Part shown: positions 36,399-44,163 of the stretch, piece by piece
Layout of the letters: the number at the start of each line of letters is the position of its first letter
Position numbering within the stretch: the first letter of the stretch is position 1
DNA from: Bacteroidota bacterium
GTDB lineage: Bacteria; Bacteroidota; Bacteroidia; 2-12-FULL-35-15
Direction: 5' to 3'
DNA: 44,730 nt
Assembly (NCBI GenBank): GCA_947380175.1
Contig: CANCPZ010000002.1
Coordinates: forward strand, 1-44,730
Notes under the pieces: model-generated
What the model saw: the letters and a program-made list of their open reading frames with translations, nothing else
Told to the model about the DNA's origin: nothing
The model's database searches: none
Program-made: the position numbers and the translations under genes

Positions 36399-37367
36399 TT
36401 ATTTCCATCGATTTTCTCTCCATTCATTTTGTTCAATTTTAGTTAAAAAAGTCCAGGCAACAATTCTACTAACCTTATTACCTTGAGCCATATCAATGGT
36501 TTTAACATCATTTACATTTATTTTTTTTAGTTCATTATATATACTTGATAAGTGAGCGCTTTTTGAAATGAGTGTAGAAAACCAAAAACATGATTTCGAA
36601 AAAAAGCTACTTTCCATAATCATTCTTTTTACAAACTCTACTTCTCCTCCATTACACCATAATTCCGAACTTTGCCCACCAAAATTAAGCACCGTATTTT
36701 TTGATTTATTTAAACCTAAATTTTTAATCTTGCGTTGAGTACCTGCAACTGCTTCTTGAAAAGATTTATGAAATGGAGGATTACAAAGGGTTATATCTAT
36801 TAATTCATTGGGCTTCATTATTCCTTTAAAAATATTTGTTGCAGATGATTGCAACCTACATTCTACAAGCCCTGCTAATGATGAATTTGCTTCAATTATT
36901 TTAATTGCCGAATTGATTGCATTTTTATCAATATCAGAACCCAGAAAACTCCAACCATATTCTTGTGAGCCAATAATAGGATAAACGCAATTTGCTCCCA
37001 TTCCAATATCCAACGCTTTTATATTTCGCCCTTTAGGAATTACGCTATTGTTAACAGATGCAAGCAAATCGGCCATATAATGGATGTAATCTGCTCTTCC
37101 AGGAATAGGCGGACAAAGATAATTTGGAGGTATATCCCAATTTTGTATATTATAAAAATGTTGTAATAAGGCTTTGTTTAATATTTTTACAGCATCCGGA
37201 TTTGCAAAATCAATAGATTCATTTCCATATTTATTTACAAATACAAATTGATTCAACCCATTACAAGTATCAATAAGCTTGTTAAAATCATAGCTAAACC
37301 GATGCTTATTGCGTGGATGTAAATTAATTTTTTCAGCAGAAAGTATTTTTGATTGTATTTGAGCCAT
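36399..37367 (-). CDS. rlmF: 23S rRNA (adenine1618-N6)-methyltransferase RlmF
   Basis: 322 aa. LHPRNKHR..YDF, YLCPPIPGRADYIH, LDIGMGANCVYP, and the catalytic NPPF (LCNPPFH). Confidence 0.88.
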   Translation of the reverse strand: MAQIQSKILSAEKINLHPRNKHRFSYDFNKLIDTCNGLNQFVFVNKYGNESIDFANPDAVKILNKALLQHFYNIQNWDIPPNYLCPPIPGRADYIHYMADLLASVNNSVIPKGRNIKALDIGMGANCVYPIIGSQEYGWSFLGSDIDKNAINSAIKIIEANSSLAGLVECRLQSSATNIFKGIMKPNELIDITLCNPPFHKSFQEAVAGTQRKIKNLGLNKSKNTVLNFGGQSSELWCNGGEVEFVKRMIMESSFFSKSCFWFSTLISKSAHLSSIYNELKKINVNDVKTIDMAQGNKVSRIVAWTFLTKIEQNEWRENRWK

Positions 37368-37405
37368 CTATTTATTTTAACTTTTTATTAATTGGAATAA
37401 AAAAT

Positions 37406-37439
37406 AAAAACGTCCCACAATTATTGTGAGACGTTTTTA
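37406..37439 (-). terminator. Rho-independent terminator after pruA (minus-strand oriented)
   Basis: Stem acgtcccacaa / ttgtgagacgt. The single imperfection is a G-U wobble in the minus-strand RNA but a C-A mismatch in the plus-strand RNA. A U-run follows on the minus strand. Confidence 0.65.
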
Positions 37440-37445
37440 TTTTTT

Positions 37446-39086
37446 TTAATCCGCCAACAAAAACGGATACCTATAATCTGTAGGTGGCACAAAGGTTTCT
37501 TTAATTGTACGAGGAGAAACCCAACGTAATAAATTTATCATTGCTCCAGCTTTATCATTTGTTCCAGAACCACGCGCTCCACCAAAAGGCTGTTGACCAA
37601 CAACTGCTCCAGTACATTTATCATTAATATAAAAATTACCTGCCGCATTGCGCAATACTTTTGTTGCATACTCTATCGCATAACGATCTTGAGCTATAAT
37701 TGCACCTGTTAATGCGTAAATTGATGTAGTGTCGACAATTTGCAATATCTCATCAAATTTATCTGCATCGTAAACATACAATGTTAAAACAGGTCCGAAT
37801 AACTCTTCACACATAGTTACATACTTAGGATCTTTGGCAACAATAATTGTTGGTTCAATAAACCAACCTTTTGATTTATCATAATTACCTCCAGCAATAA
37901 TTTCTACATTTTTATCGGCCTTAGCTAAATCAATATATTTTGCCAACTTATCAAATGACTTTTCATCAATTACTGCATTAATAAAATTTGTAAAATCTTC
38001 TGTTGGTCCCATTTTAAAAGATTTTAAATCTGCTTGCACTAATTCTTTTACTTCATTCCATAAATTATCAGGGATATATGCACGGGAAGCTGCTGAACAT
38101 TTTTGACCTTGATATTCAAATGCACCACGACTTATAGCTGTTGCTAATATTTTTGCATCAGCAGATTTATGCGCCATAATAAAATCTTTCCCACCTGTTT
38201 CACCAACAATACGTGGATATGTTTTGTATTTGTGAATATTGTTACCTATTGTTTTCCAGATATTTTGAAAAACCTCGGTAGATCCTGTAAAATGAATACC
38301 TGAAAAATCTGGATGAGAAAAAATCACCTCGGCAGCATCAGGACCAGAAGGGTAAATTAAATTAATTACACCATCAGGCACACCCGCTTTCATAAATATT
38401 TCCATCAACACATTAGCTGCATAAACCTGTGTATTTGATGGTTTCCAAACAACCACATTACCCATCATAGCACAAGATGTTGGTAAATTACCTGCTATGG
38501 CTGTAAAGTTAAATGGAGTTAAGGCATAAATAAAACCTTCTAATGGACGGTGTTCAACGCGATTCCAAACTCCAAAACCTGTACCTGCAACAGGAGGTTG
38601 TTGTTTATAAATTTCAGTCATATACAACACGTTGAAACGAAGAAAATCAATAATCTCACACGCTGAATCAATCTCAGCCTGAAAAGCATTTTTTGATTGC
38701 CCTAACATTGTTGCAGCATTTAATTTTGCACGATAAGGTCCGGCAATTAATTCAGCAGCTTTTAAAAAAATACTTGCACGGTGTTCCCAAGCCAATGCTT
38801 CCCATTGAGGCTTTGCTGCCAATGCTGCATTAATTGCCTGAGTTACATGATCCTTATTACTTTTATGGAAATAGCCTAAGGTATGTTTGTGATCGTGAGG
38901 AGGAGCAAGACGAACTTTATCATTACTACGAACCTCTTTTCCACCAATGTACATAGGAATATCAAGCTCTTTGGAACGTAATTCTTTTAACATTGATTGT
39001 GTAGCAATCCTTTCTGGACTTCCCGGAGCGTAACTTTTAATAGGTTCGTTAACTGGAACGGGAACTGTATAAAATCCTTTTGGCAT
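37446..39086 (-). CDS. pruA: L-glutamate gamma-semialdehyde (1-pyrroline-5-carboxylate) dehydrogenase
   Basis: 546 aa aldehyde dehydrogenase. VGETGGKDF (catalytic Glu), GQKCSAASR (catalytic Cys) and EELFGPV. The length and the N-terminus (PVNEPIKSYAPGSPER) are typical of PruA. Confidence 0.9.
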   Translation of the reverse strand: MPKGFYTVPVPVNEPIKSYAPGSPERIATQSMLKELRSKELDIPMYIGGKEVRSNDKVRLAPPHDHKHTLGYFHKSNKDHVTQAINAALAAKPQWEALAWEHRASIFLKAAELIAGPYRAKLNAATMLGQSKNAFQAEIDSACEIIDFLRFNVLYMTEIYKQQPPVAGTGFGVWNRVEHRPLEGFIYALTPFNFTAIAGNLPTSCAMMGNVVVWKPSNTQVYAANVLMEIFMKAGVPDGVINLIYPSGPDAAEVIFSHPDFSGIHFTGSTEVFQNIWKTIGNNIHKYKTYPRIVGETGGKDFIMAHKSADAKILATAISRGAFEYQGQKCSAASRAYIPDNLWNEVKELVQADLKSFKMGPTEDFTNFINAVIDEKSFDKLAKYIDLAKADKNVEIIAGGNYDKSKGWFIEPTIIVAKDPKYVTMCEELFGPVLTLYVYDADKFDEILQIVDTTSIYALTGAIIAQDRYAIEYATKVLRNAAGNFYINDKCTGAVVGQQPFGGARGSGTNDKAGAMINLLRWVSPRTIKETFVPPTDYRYPFLLAD

Positions 39087-39141
39087 AATTTAAGAGTTAT
39101 GAATTATTAATTATGAGTTACAAATATTTAAAATTGAGAAG

Positions 39142-39149
39142 CAAATATA
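39142..39149 (-). promoter_or_regulatory. Candidate -7 promoter box TATATTTG (minus strand) upstream of pruA
   Basis: Matches TAnnTTTG, 55 nt before ATG 39086. Confidence 0.4.
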
Positions 39150-39191
39150 TGGAAAAAGTGTTGAAGAGTTGATGGTGATTAGTTGGTGATT

Positions 39192-39758
39192 TTACCCAAT
39201 TCTTTTTTGTACAAACAATTCTACTTTTTCAAAAAGAGTTTGAGGAGTTGCGGTTCGCCAACTAATGTCGTTCAATTGTCCTCCAGATACAATGTAATAA
39301 TCAATGTTTGCTTGTTGAAACTCTTTTAAAACATGTTCTCTAAAATTTAAAAATGCAATCCAACCATCTTCAACTTCTTCAAACCATTCTTCATAATAAC
39401 AATCGTCAGAAGCGTGAAAATTTAATACATTTTCTCCAATTAAAATAAATTTATTAACTCCGTATTGCATCACCTCTTCAATAATGTTTCGCTTTAAAAG
39501 CATAACATCATTATTAATGGCATCGTTCCATTCACCAATCAATTCGATGATTGCATAGTTTTGATCGTAATCGATAAATATAATTTTTATATACAGAGTC
39601 GGCGAATCTATATCGTCCCATTGAGGATGAATAAGGAAATTGTATATTGCATTGGTATATTCAAACTCGCTATACTCACGTCCATAAAAAGGTGAACGTT
39701 CATCTTCTGAAGCGATGTAATGGTTACGCCAATTATAAAACGGTTCTAAATCTTGCAT
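39192..39758 (-). CDS. Hypothetical acidic cytoplasmic protein, co-transcribed with murQ
   Basis: 188 aa with no TM helix or signal peptide. Starts 5 nt after the murQ stop. The segment AIIELIGEWNDAINNDVMLLKRNIIEEVMQYGVNKFILIGENVLNF has a STAS/anti-sigma-antagonist-like pattern; this is a weak, by-eye call. Confidence 0.65.
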   Translation of the reverse strand: MQDLEPFYNWRNHYIASEDERSPFYGREYSEFEYTNAIYNFLIHPQWDDIDSPTLYIKIIFIDYDQNYAIIELIGEWNDAINNDVMLLKRNIIEEVMQYGVNKFILIGENVLNFHASDDCYYEEWFEEVEDGWIAFLNFREHVLKEFQQANIDYYIVSGGQLNDISWRTATPQTLFEKVELFVQKRIG

Positions 39759-39763
39759 TTTAA

Positions 39764-40573
39764 TTAAGCTATTTTATAAGAATCTACGGCCTTTCTAACG
39801 CTTCCAAATTTTAACAACAATTCATTTGCTTTTTTATACGAAACTTTTAATTCGGCCATCACCATTTTTGTTCCTCTATCAAAAAGCTTGTTATTGCTGA
39901 GTTTCATATCCACCATTTTATTACCCACTACCCTACCTAGCTTAATCATCACCGAAGTAGAAATCATATTCAATACCAATTTTTGTGCGGTGCCCGATTT
40001 CATGCGTGTACTACCTGTAACAAATTCAGGGCCTACAACAACTTCAATTTTATATTTAGTAGCTTTTGCAACATTACTTCCTTTATTGCAAACAATACAA
40101 GCTGTAATTATACCGTGTTTATTACAGTACTCTAAAGCACCTATAACATAAGGCGTTGATCCAGATGCAGCAATTCCAATAACGACATCATTTGTATTTA
40201 TTTTAAATTTTAATAAATCTTTCCAACCTTGTTCAATATCATCTTCAGCAAATTCGACTGCTTTACGAATTGCTTTATCGCCACCTGCTATAATACCAAC
40301 AACTAAACCTTGTGGTACTCCATACGTTGGTGGACATTCGCTTGCATCAACAACACCTAATCGACCACTTGTACCAGCACCCATATAAAATAACCGTCCA
40401 CCCAACTGCATTTTTTTTACAATCACATTTACTAGTTTTTCGATAGCTGGTATTACCTTTTCGATAGCATCTGGAACTGTTTTATCTTCTTTATTAATAT
40501 TAGTAAGCAATTCGGATACACTCATTTTTTCGAGTGAATTATAGTTGGAAGATGATTCGGTAGTTTTTTTCAT
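39764..40573 (-). CDS. murQ: N-acetylmuramic acid 6-phosphate etherase
   Basis: 269 aa SIS-domain protein. GAGTSGRLGVVDASECPPTYG, IAASGSTPYV, TGSTRMKSGTAQK. Confidence 0.92.
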   Translation of the reverse strand: MKKTTESSSNYNSLEKMSVSELLTNINKEDKTVPDAIEKVIPAIEKLVNVIVKKMQLGGRLFYMGAGTSGRLGVVDASECPPTYGVPQGLVVGIIAGGDKAIRKAVEFAEDDIEQGWKDLLKFKINTNDVVIGIAASGSTPYVIGALEYCNKHGIITACIVCNKGSNVAKATKYKIEVVVGPEFVTGSTRMKSGTAQKLVLNMISTSVMIKLGRVVGNKMVDMKLSNNKLFDRGTKMVMAELKVSYKKANELLLKFGSVRKAVDSYKIA

Positions 40574-40702
40574 GATTATTTTTTAATAATTTTAAAATTA
40601 TTTTTTGCTAAATCAATTGCAAACAGCAACATGATATTTTATCAAAAAATATTCTTAATACGTTCTCAATTGGATATTAGAAACTAAAGAAAATTGTGCA
40701 CA

Positions 40703-40735
40703 AAAAAGAAGGGCGATTTAATCGCCCTTCTTTTT
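40703..40735 (-). terminator. Rho-independent terminator after the E1 alpha/beta gene
   Basis: GC-rich stem gaagggcgat / atcgcccttc with a short loop. A T6 run follows on the minus strand, and the structure abuts the stop codon at 40734-40736. Confidence 0.75.
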
Positions 40736-43166
40736 AATAATTCGCAGGATATTTTTCCGGATTACTTTCGTTCATAATCATATTAACAATATCAAATACA
40801 TCATCCGCACTTGGCTTGGAGAAATAATCACCATCAGAGCCATAAGCAGGACGGTGCTCTTTAGCTGCCAATGTTAACGGCTCCGAATCTAAATATTGAT
40901 ATGCTTTTTGTTCAATTAAAACTTTTTGTAAAATATAAGCACTACCTCCACCGGGAACATCTTCGTCTAAAACAATTAAACGATTTGTTTTTTTAACCGA
41001 TTCAACTATCGAATGATTTAAATCGAATGGTAATAATGTTTGAACATCAATTACCTCAACCGAAATACCTACTTCGGCTAATTGTTTTACTGCATCCATT
41101 GCTATTCTGCAACATGACCCATAGGTAACCAATGTTACATCGGTTCCTTCATTAATTGTTTCGGTAACACCTAATGTAACTTTATATTCACCTAAATTAG
41201 TTGGTAATTGTTCTTTTAAGCGGTAGCCATTTAAAGGTTCGATAACCAAAGCAGGCTCATCGGCAGACAATAAGGTATTATAAAAACCTGCTGCTTGTGT
41301 CATATTACGTGGCACACACACATGAATACCTCGAACAGAATTAACAATCATACCCATTGGAGATCCACTGTGCCAAATTCCTTCCAAACGGTGTCCACGT
41401 GTACGGACAATTACAGGGGCTTTTTGTCCGCCTTTCGTTCTATATTGAATAGTTGCTAAATCATCACTCATAATTTGCAAGGCGTACAATAAATAATCTA
41501 AATATTGAATTTCGGCAATTGGTCGTAAACCACGTAATGCTAATCCTATTGCTTGACCTACAATGGTGGCTTCACGTATACCAGTATCAAATACACGTAT
41601 TTCACCATACTTAGCTTGTAAACCTTCCAAACCCTGATTAACACCACCTATTTTACCTGCATCTTCACCAAAAATTAAAACTTCAGGATATTTAGAAAGG
41701 ATAACATCAAAATTTTCGCGCAATAATTCTCGTCCATCAACAAACTTGGCATCACCATCATATTGAGCTTTGACAGGCTTAATTTTGAGTGCATTTTTTT
41801 CAGATTCGCTATGTAAAACAGAACTATAACGATCGTGATTTGCTAATCTTGATTCTACCAACCAATTGATTAATGGAGTCTTCGAAGAAATTTGTTCGTT
41901 AATCGTTAAACGCAAAACACTTTTTATAGCAATAATAATATCCTTACGAAGGGGTTCTAAAATGGAGTTTAATTCATTTTTTATTTTAATGATAAAAGCC
42001 TCATTTTGCGATTGTGTAGCAATAGCATCCATTAGTAGGCTAACTTCCTTCAATTCGTTTTTTATAGGATTTAAATACGCTGCCCAGGCAGCCGATTTAG
42101 CTTCTCGTACAGCTTTTTTTGCATTCTCTTCAATTTCATTTAAAGAAGATTCTGTTGAAAGTTGCGAACTCAAAATCCATTCGCGCATTTTTTTTATTCC
42201 ATCAAAATCAGCTTCCCATTGCAAGCGCTCTTTTGATTTATAACGCTCATGAGAACCTGATGTACTGTGCCCTTGAGGCTGAGTAACTTCTTCAACATGA
42301 ATTAAAACAGGTATGTGTTCCTCCCTACAAACCTTTGCTGCTTTTTCGTATGTTTCGCACAAATGAGGATAATCCCAACCTTTTGTCTTATACATTTCGT
42401 AACCTAAACTACCCGATTCGCGCTGAAAACCTTTCAATATTTCAGAAATGCTTTCTTTAGTTGTTTGATATTTTTTAGGAACCGAAATCCCGTGTCCATC
42501 ATCCCATACAGAAACTAACATAGGTATTTGCATCACTCCAGCTGCATTAATTGTTTCCCAAAATAATCCTTCTGACGTACTCGCATCACCTATGGTACCA
42601 AATGCTATTTCATTTCCTTTATTTGAATAATTATGAAATTGTTCATTTTGCAAAGCTGGATTTAATTTAAAATGTTTTGACGCCATAGCTAACCCCAATA
42701 AACGAGGCATTTGTCCACCGGTAGGTGAAATATCGGGAGATGAATTTTTCATCTTAGTAAGGTCTTTCCAGCTACCATCCGCATTTAAACTCCGTGTTCC
42801 AAAGTGTCCACCCATCTGACGACCAGCAGCCATCGGTTCAGCATCCACATCCGTATGACCGTATAAACCTGCAAACCATTCTTGTAAAGTTAACAGACCA
42901 CTTGCAAACATAAATGTTTGATCGCGATAATACCCAGAGCGAAAATCACCTTCTTTAAAAGCTTTGGCCATGGCTAATTGAGCCACTTCTTTACCATCTC
43001 CAAATATTCCAAATTTGGCTTTACCAGTGAGTACTTCCCTTCTTCCCATCAAGCTAGCCTCACGACTTTCATTCGCTATTCGATAATCATTTAAAACAAT
43101 CGAAATAAATTCTTCTTTTGAAAAATTTCCTTTTTTTTCTAATGCAATAGCTCCTGATTTAGACAT
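40734..43166 (-). CDS. Fused E1 alpha/beta subunit of a TPP-dependent 2-oxoacid (probably branched-chain) dehydrogenase
   Basis: About 810 aa. The alpha half carries a TPP-binding region (GTIGDASTSEG...VSVWDDGHGISV). The beta half has VFDTGIREATIVGQAIGLA, RTRGHRLEGIWHSGSP and the C-terminal domain. The track start at 43280 adds 38 non-conserved residues. ATG 43166 (MSKSGAIALEKK...) is preferred, and a TATATTTG box lies at 43195-43202. Confidence 0.88.
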   Translation of the reverse strand: MSKSGAIALEKKGNFSKEEFISIVLNDYRIANESREASLMGRREVLTGKAKFGIFGDGKEVAQLAMAKAFKEGDFRSGYYRDQTFMFASGLLTLQEWFAGLYGHTDVDAEPMAAGRQMGGHFGTRSLNADGSWKDLTKMKNSSPDISPTGGQMPRLLGLAMASKHFKLNPALQNEQFHNYSNKGNEIAFGTIGDASTSEGLFWETINAAGVMQIPMLVSVWDDGHGISVPKKYQTTKESISEILKGFQRESGSLGYEMYKTKGWDYPHLCETYEKAAKVCREEHIPVLIHVEEVTQPQGHSTSGSHERYKSKERLQWEADFDGIKKMREWILSSQLSTESSLNEIEENAKKAVREAKSAAWAAYLNPIKNELKEVSLLMDAIATQSQNEAFIIKIKNELNSILEPLRKDIIIAIKSVLRLTINEQISSKTPLINWLVESRLANHDRYSSVLHSESEKNALKIKPVKAQYDGDAKFVDGRELLRENFDVILSKYPEVLIFGEDAGKIGGVNQGLEGLQAKYGEIRVFDTGIREATIVGQAIGLALRGLRPIAEIQYLDYLLYALQIMSDDLATIQYRTKGGQKAPVIVRTRGHRLEGIWHSGSPMGMIVNSVRGIHVCVPRNMTQAAGFYNTLLSADEPALVIEPLNGYRLKEQLPTNLGEYKVTLGVTETINEGTDVTLVTYGSCCRIAMDAVKQLAEVGISVEVIDVQTLLPFDLNHSIVESVKKTNRLIVLDEDVPGGGSAYILQKVLIEQKAYQYLDSEPLTLAAKEHRPAYGSDGDYFSKPSADDVFDIVNMIMNESNPEKYPANY

Positions 43167-43194
43167 AATTAAATGATTAAAATTTCTATGAACA

Positions 43195-43202
43195 CAAATA
43201 TA
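43195..43202 (-). promoter_or_regulatory. Candidate -7 promoter box TATATTTG (minus strand) upstream of the E1 alpha/beta gene
   Basis: Matches TAnnTTTG, 28 nt before ATG 43166. It lies inside the longer ORF-track version, which supports the shorter gene model. Confidence 0.4.
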
Positions 43203-43366
43203 AGAATTTGTATTCTTAGAAATTAGAGTTTTTATTATTTCTTGGAAGAGTAAAAATTTATTGAAGCATTTAAACATCAACCATTATCAAAGAAAAACTT
43301 TAAAATAAAACCAAAGTAATTAAATTAACAACGATACAAATATTACAAGCATTTAAAAAATCTGCG

Positions 43367-43374
43367 TATTTTTG
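43367..43374 (+). promoter_or_regulatory. Candidate -7 promoter box TATTTTTG upstream of the TerC-family gene
   Basis: Matches TAnnTTTG, 21 nt before ATG 43396. Confidence 0.4.
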
Positions 43375-43395
43375 TAAAAAAATAAGATTTATATT

Positions 43396-44163
43396 ATGCA
43401 TTTAGCAAACGATTTTAGTGAACTTTTCACTATTGCTTCCCTAATCAGTTTATTAACTTTATCCGTACTAGAAATTGTATTGGGAATTGATAATATCATT
43501 TTTATTTCGATAATTTCAGGCAAATTACCTAAAGCAAAGCAAGTAAAAGCAAGAACAATAGGACTTATGCTTGCTTTAATAATGCGTATTGCGCTACTTT
43601 TTAGTATATCATGGATTGTTAGCATGAAAGAAGCATTGTTCTTTATTGCTGATTTTGGAGTAACTGGCAGAGATTTAATTTTATTTAGTGGAGGTGTTTT
43701 TCTTTTGTATAAAACTACTATTGAATTACATAATAAAATACAAGGTTACGATGAGGAAAATATGAAAGTTAAAAAAATTAGTTTTAATGCCATTGTTATG
43801 CAGATAGTAATTATCGATATCGTATTTTCGTTCGATTCCATATTAACAGCGGTAGGCTTAGTAACCAATTTATTAATTATGATTATAGCCGTAATTATTG
43901 CAATGATAATAATGATGCTGTTTTCGGGTAAAGTAAGTGACTTCATTAATTTAAATCCAACGATTAAAATATTAGCATTATCGTTTTTATTAATGATAGG
44001 TATTGTGCTTGTGCTAGAATCATTTCACGAGCATATTGACAAAACAATTATCTACATTTCAATTGCTTTCTCGTTTTTTGTTGAGCTACTAAATGGCCGA
44101 ATGCGCAAGAAAGAAGCCAAACGAAACATTGATAGAAATAACGATCCTCGCGATATTATTTAA
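43396..44163 (+). CDS. TerC family integral membrane protein
   Basis: 255 aa. The duplicated signature LEIVLGIDNIIFISI and IVIIDIVFSFDSILTAVG, with about 7 TM helices. Confidence 0.88.
   Translation: MHLANDFSELFTIASLISLLTLSVLEIVLGIDNIIFISIISGKLPKAKQVKARTIGLMLALIMRIALLFSISWIVSMKEALFFIADFGVTGRDLILFSGGVFLLYKTTIELHNKIQGYDEENMKVKKISFNAIVMQIVIIDIVFSFDSILTAVGLVTNLLIMIIAVIIAMIIMMLFSGKVSDFINLNPTIKILALSFLLMIGIVLVLESFHEHIDKTIIYISIAFSFFVELLNGRMRKKEAKRNIDRNNDPRDII

Noticed and set aside
3858-43280. N-terminal extensions in the ORF track: 3858-3911, 9313-9375, 11707-11730, 12980-13030, 24118-24132, 30932-30997, 31783-31797 and 43167-43280
   Set aside because: Most begin at TTG, or at an ATG far upstream of the residues that align with the conserved family N-terminus. 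Two contain a candidate -7 promoter box. I trimmed them to the ATG that matches the family N-terminus. The 11730-versus-11706 choice remains open.
43281-43395. Possible yybP-ykoY (Mn2+) riboswitch upstream of the TerC-family gene
   Set aside because: TerC/Alx-type genes often carry this riboswitch. This leader is short and almost pure A/T, with none of the conserved G-rich core segments and no stable helices. Only a promoter-like TATTTTTG is present.
3027-43946. All remaining short ORF-track entries nested antisense or out of frame in assignable genes. These are 3027-3224, 5652-5843, 7386-7670, 7821-8168, 8190-8396, 10811-11110, 10933-11226, 12070-12345, 13511-13759, 14792-15031, 16960-17148, 18104-18436, 20283-20486, 20514-20762, 22176-22538, 22391-22585, 22637-22936, 22939-23238, 23721-23954, 24192-24392, 24429-24713, 30265-30576, 30798-30980, 32475-32771, 33513-33725, 39888-40151, 41866-42243, 43389-43625 and 43746-43946.
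   Set aside because: Each overlaps a longer ORF with clear family motifs. Their translations are Ser/Leu/Phe/Ile-rich low-complexity strings typical of antisense frames in AT-rich genes. None has its own promoter or terminator context.
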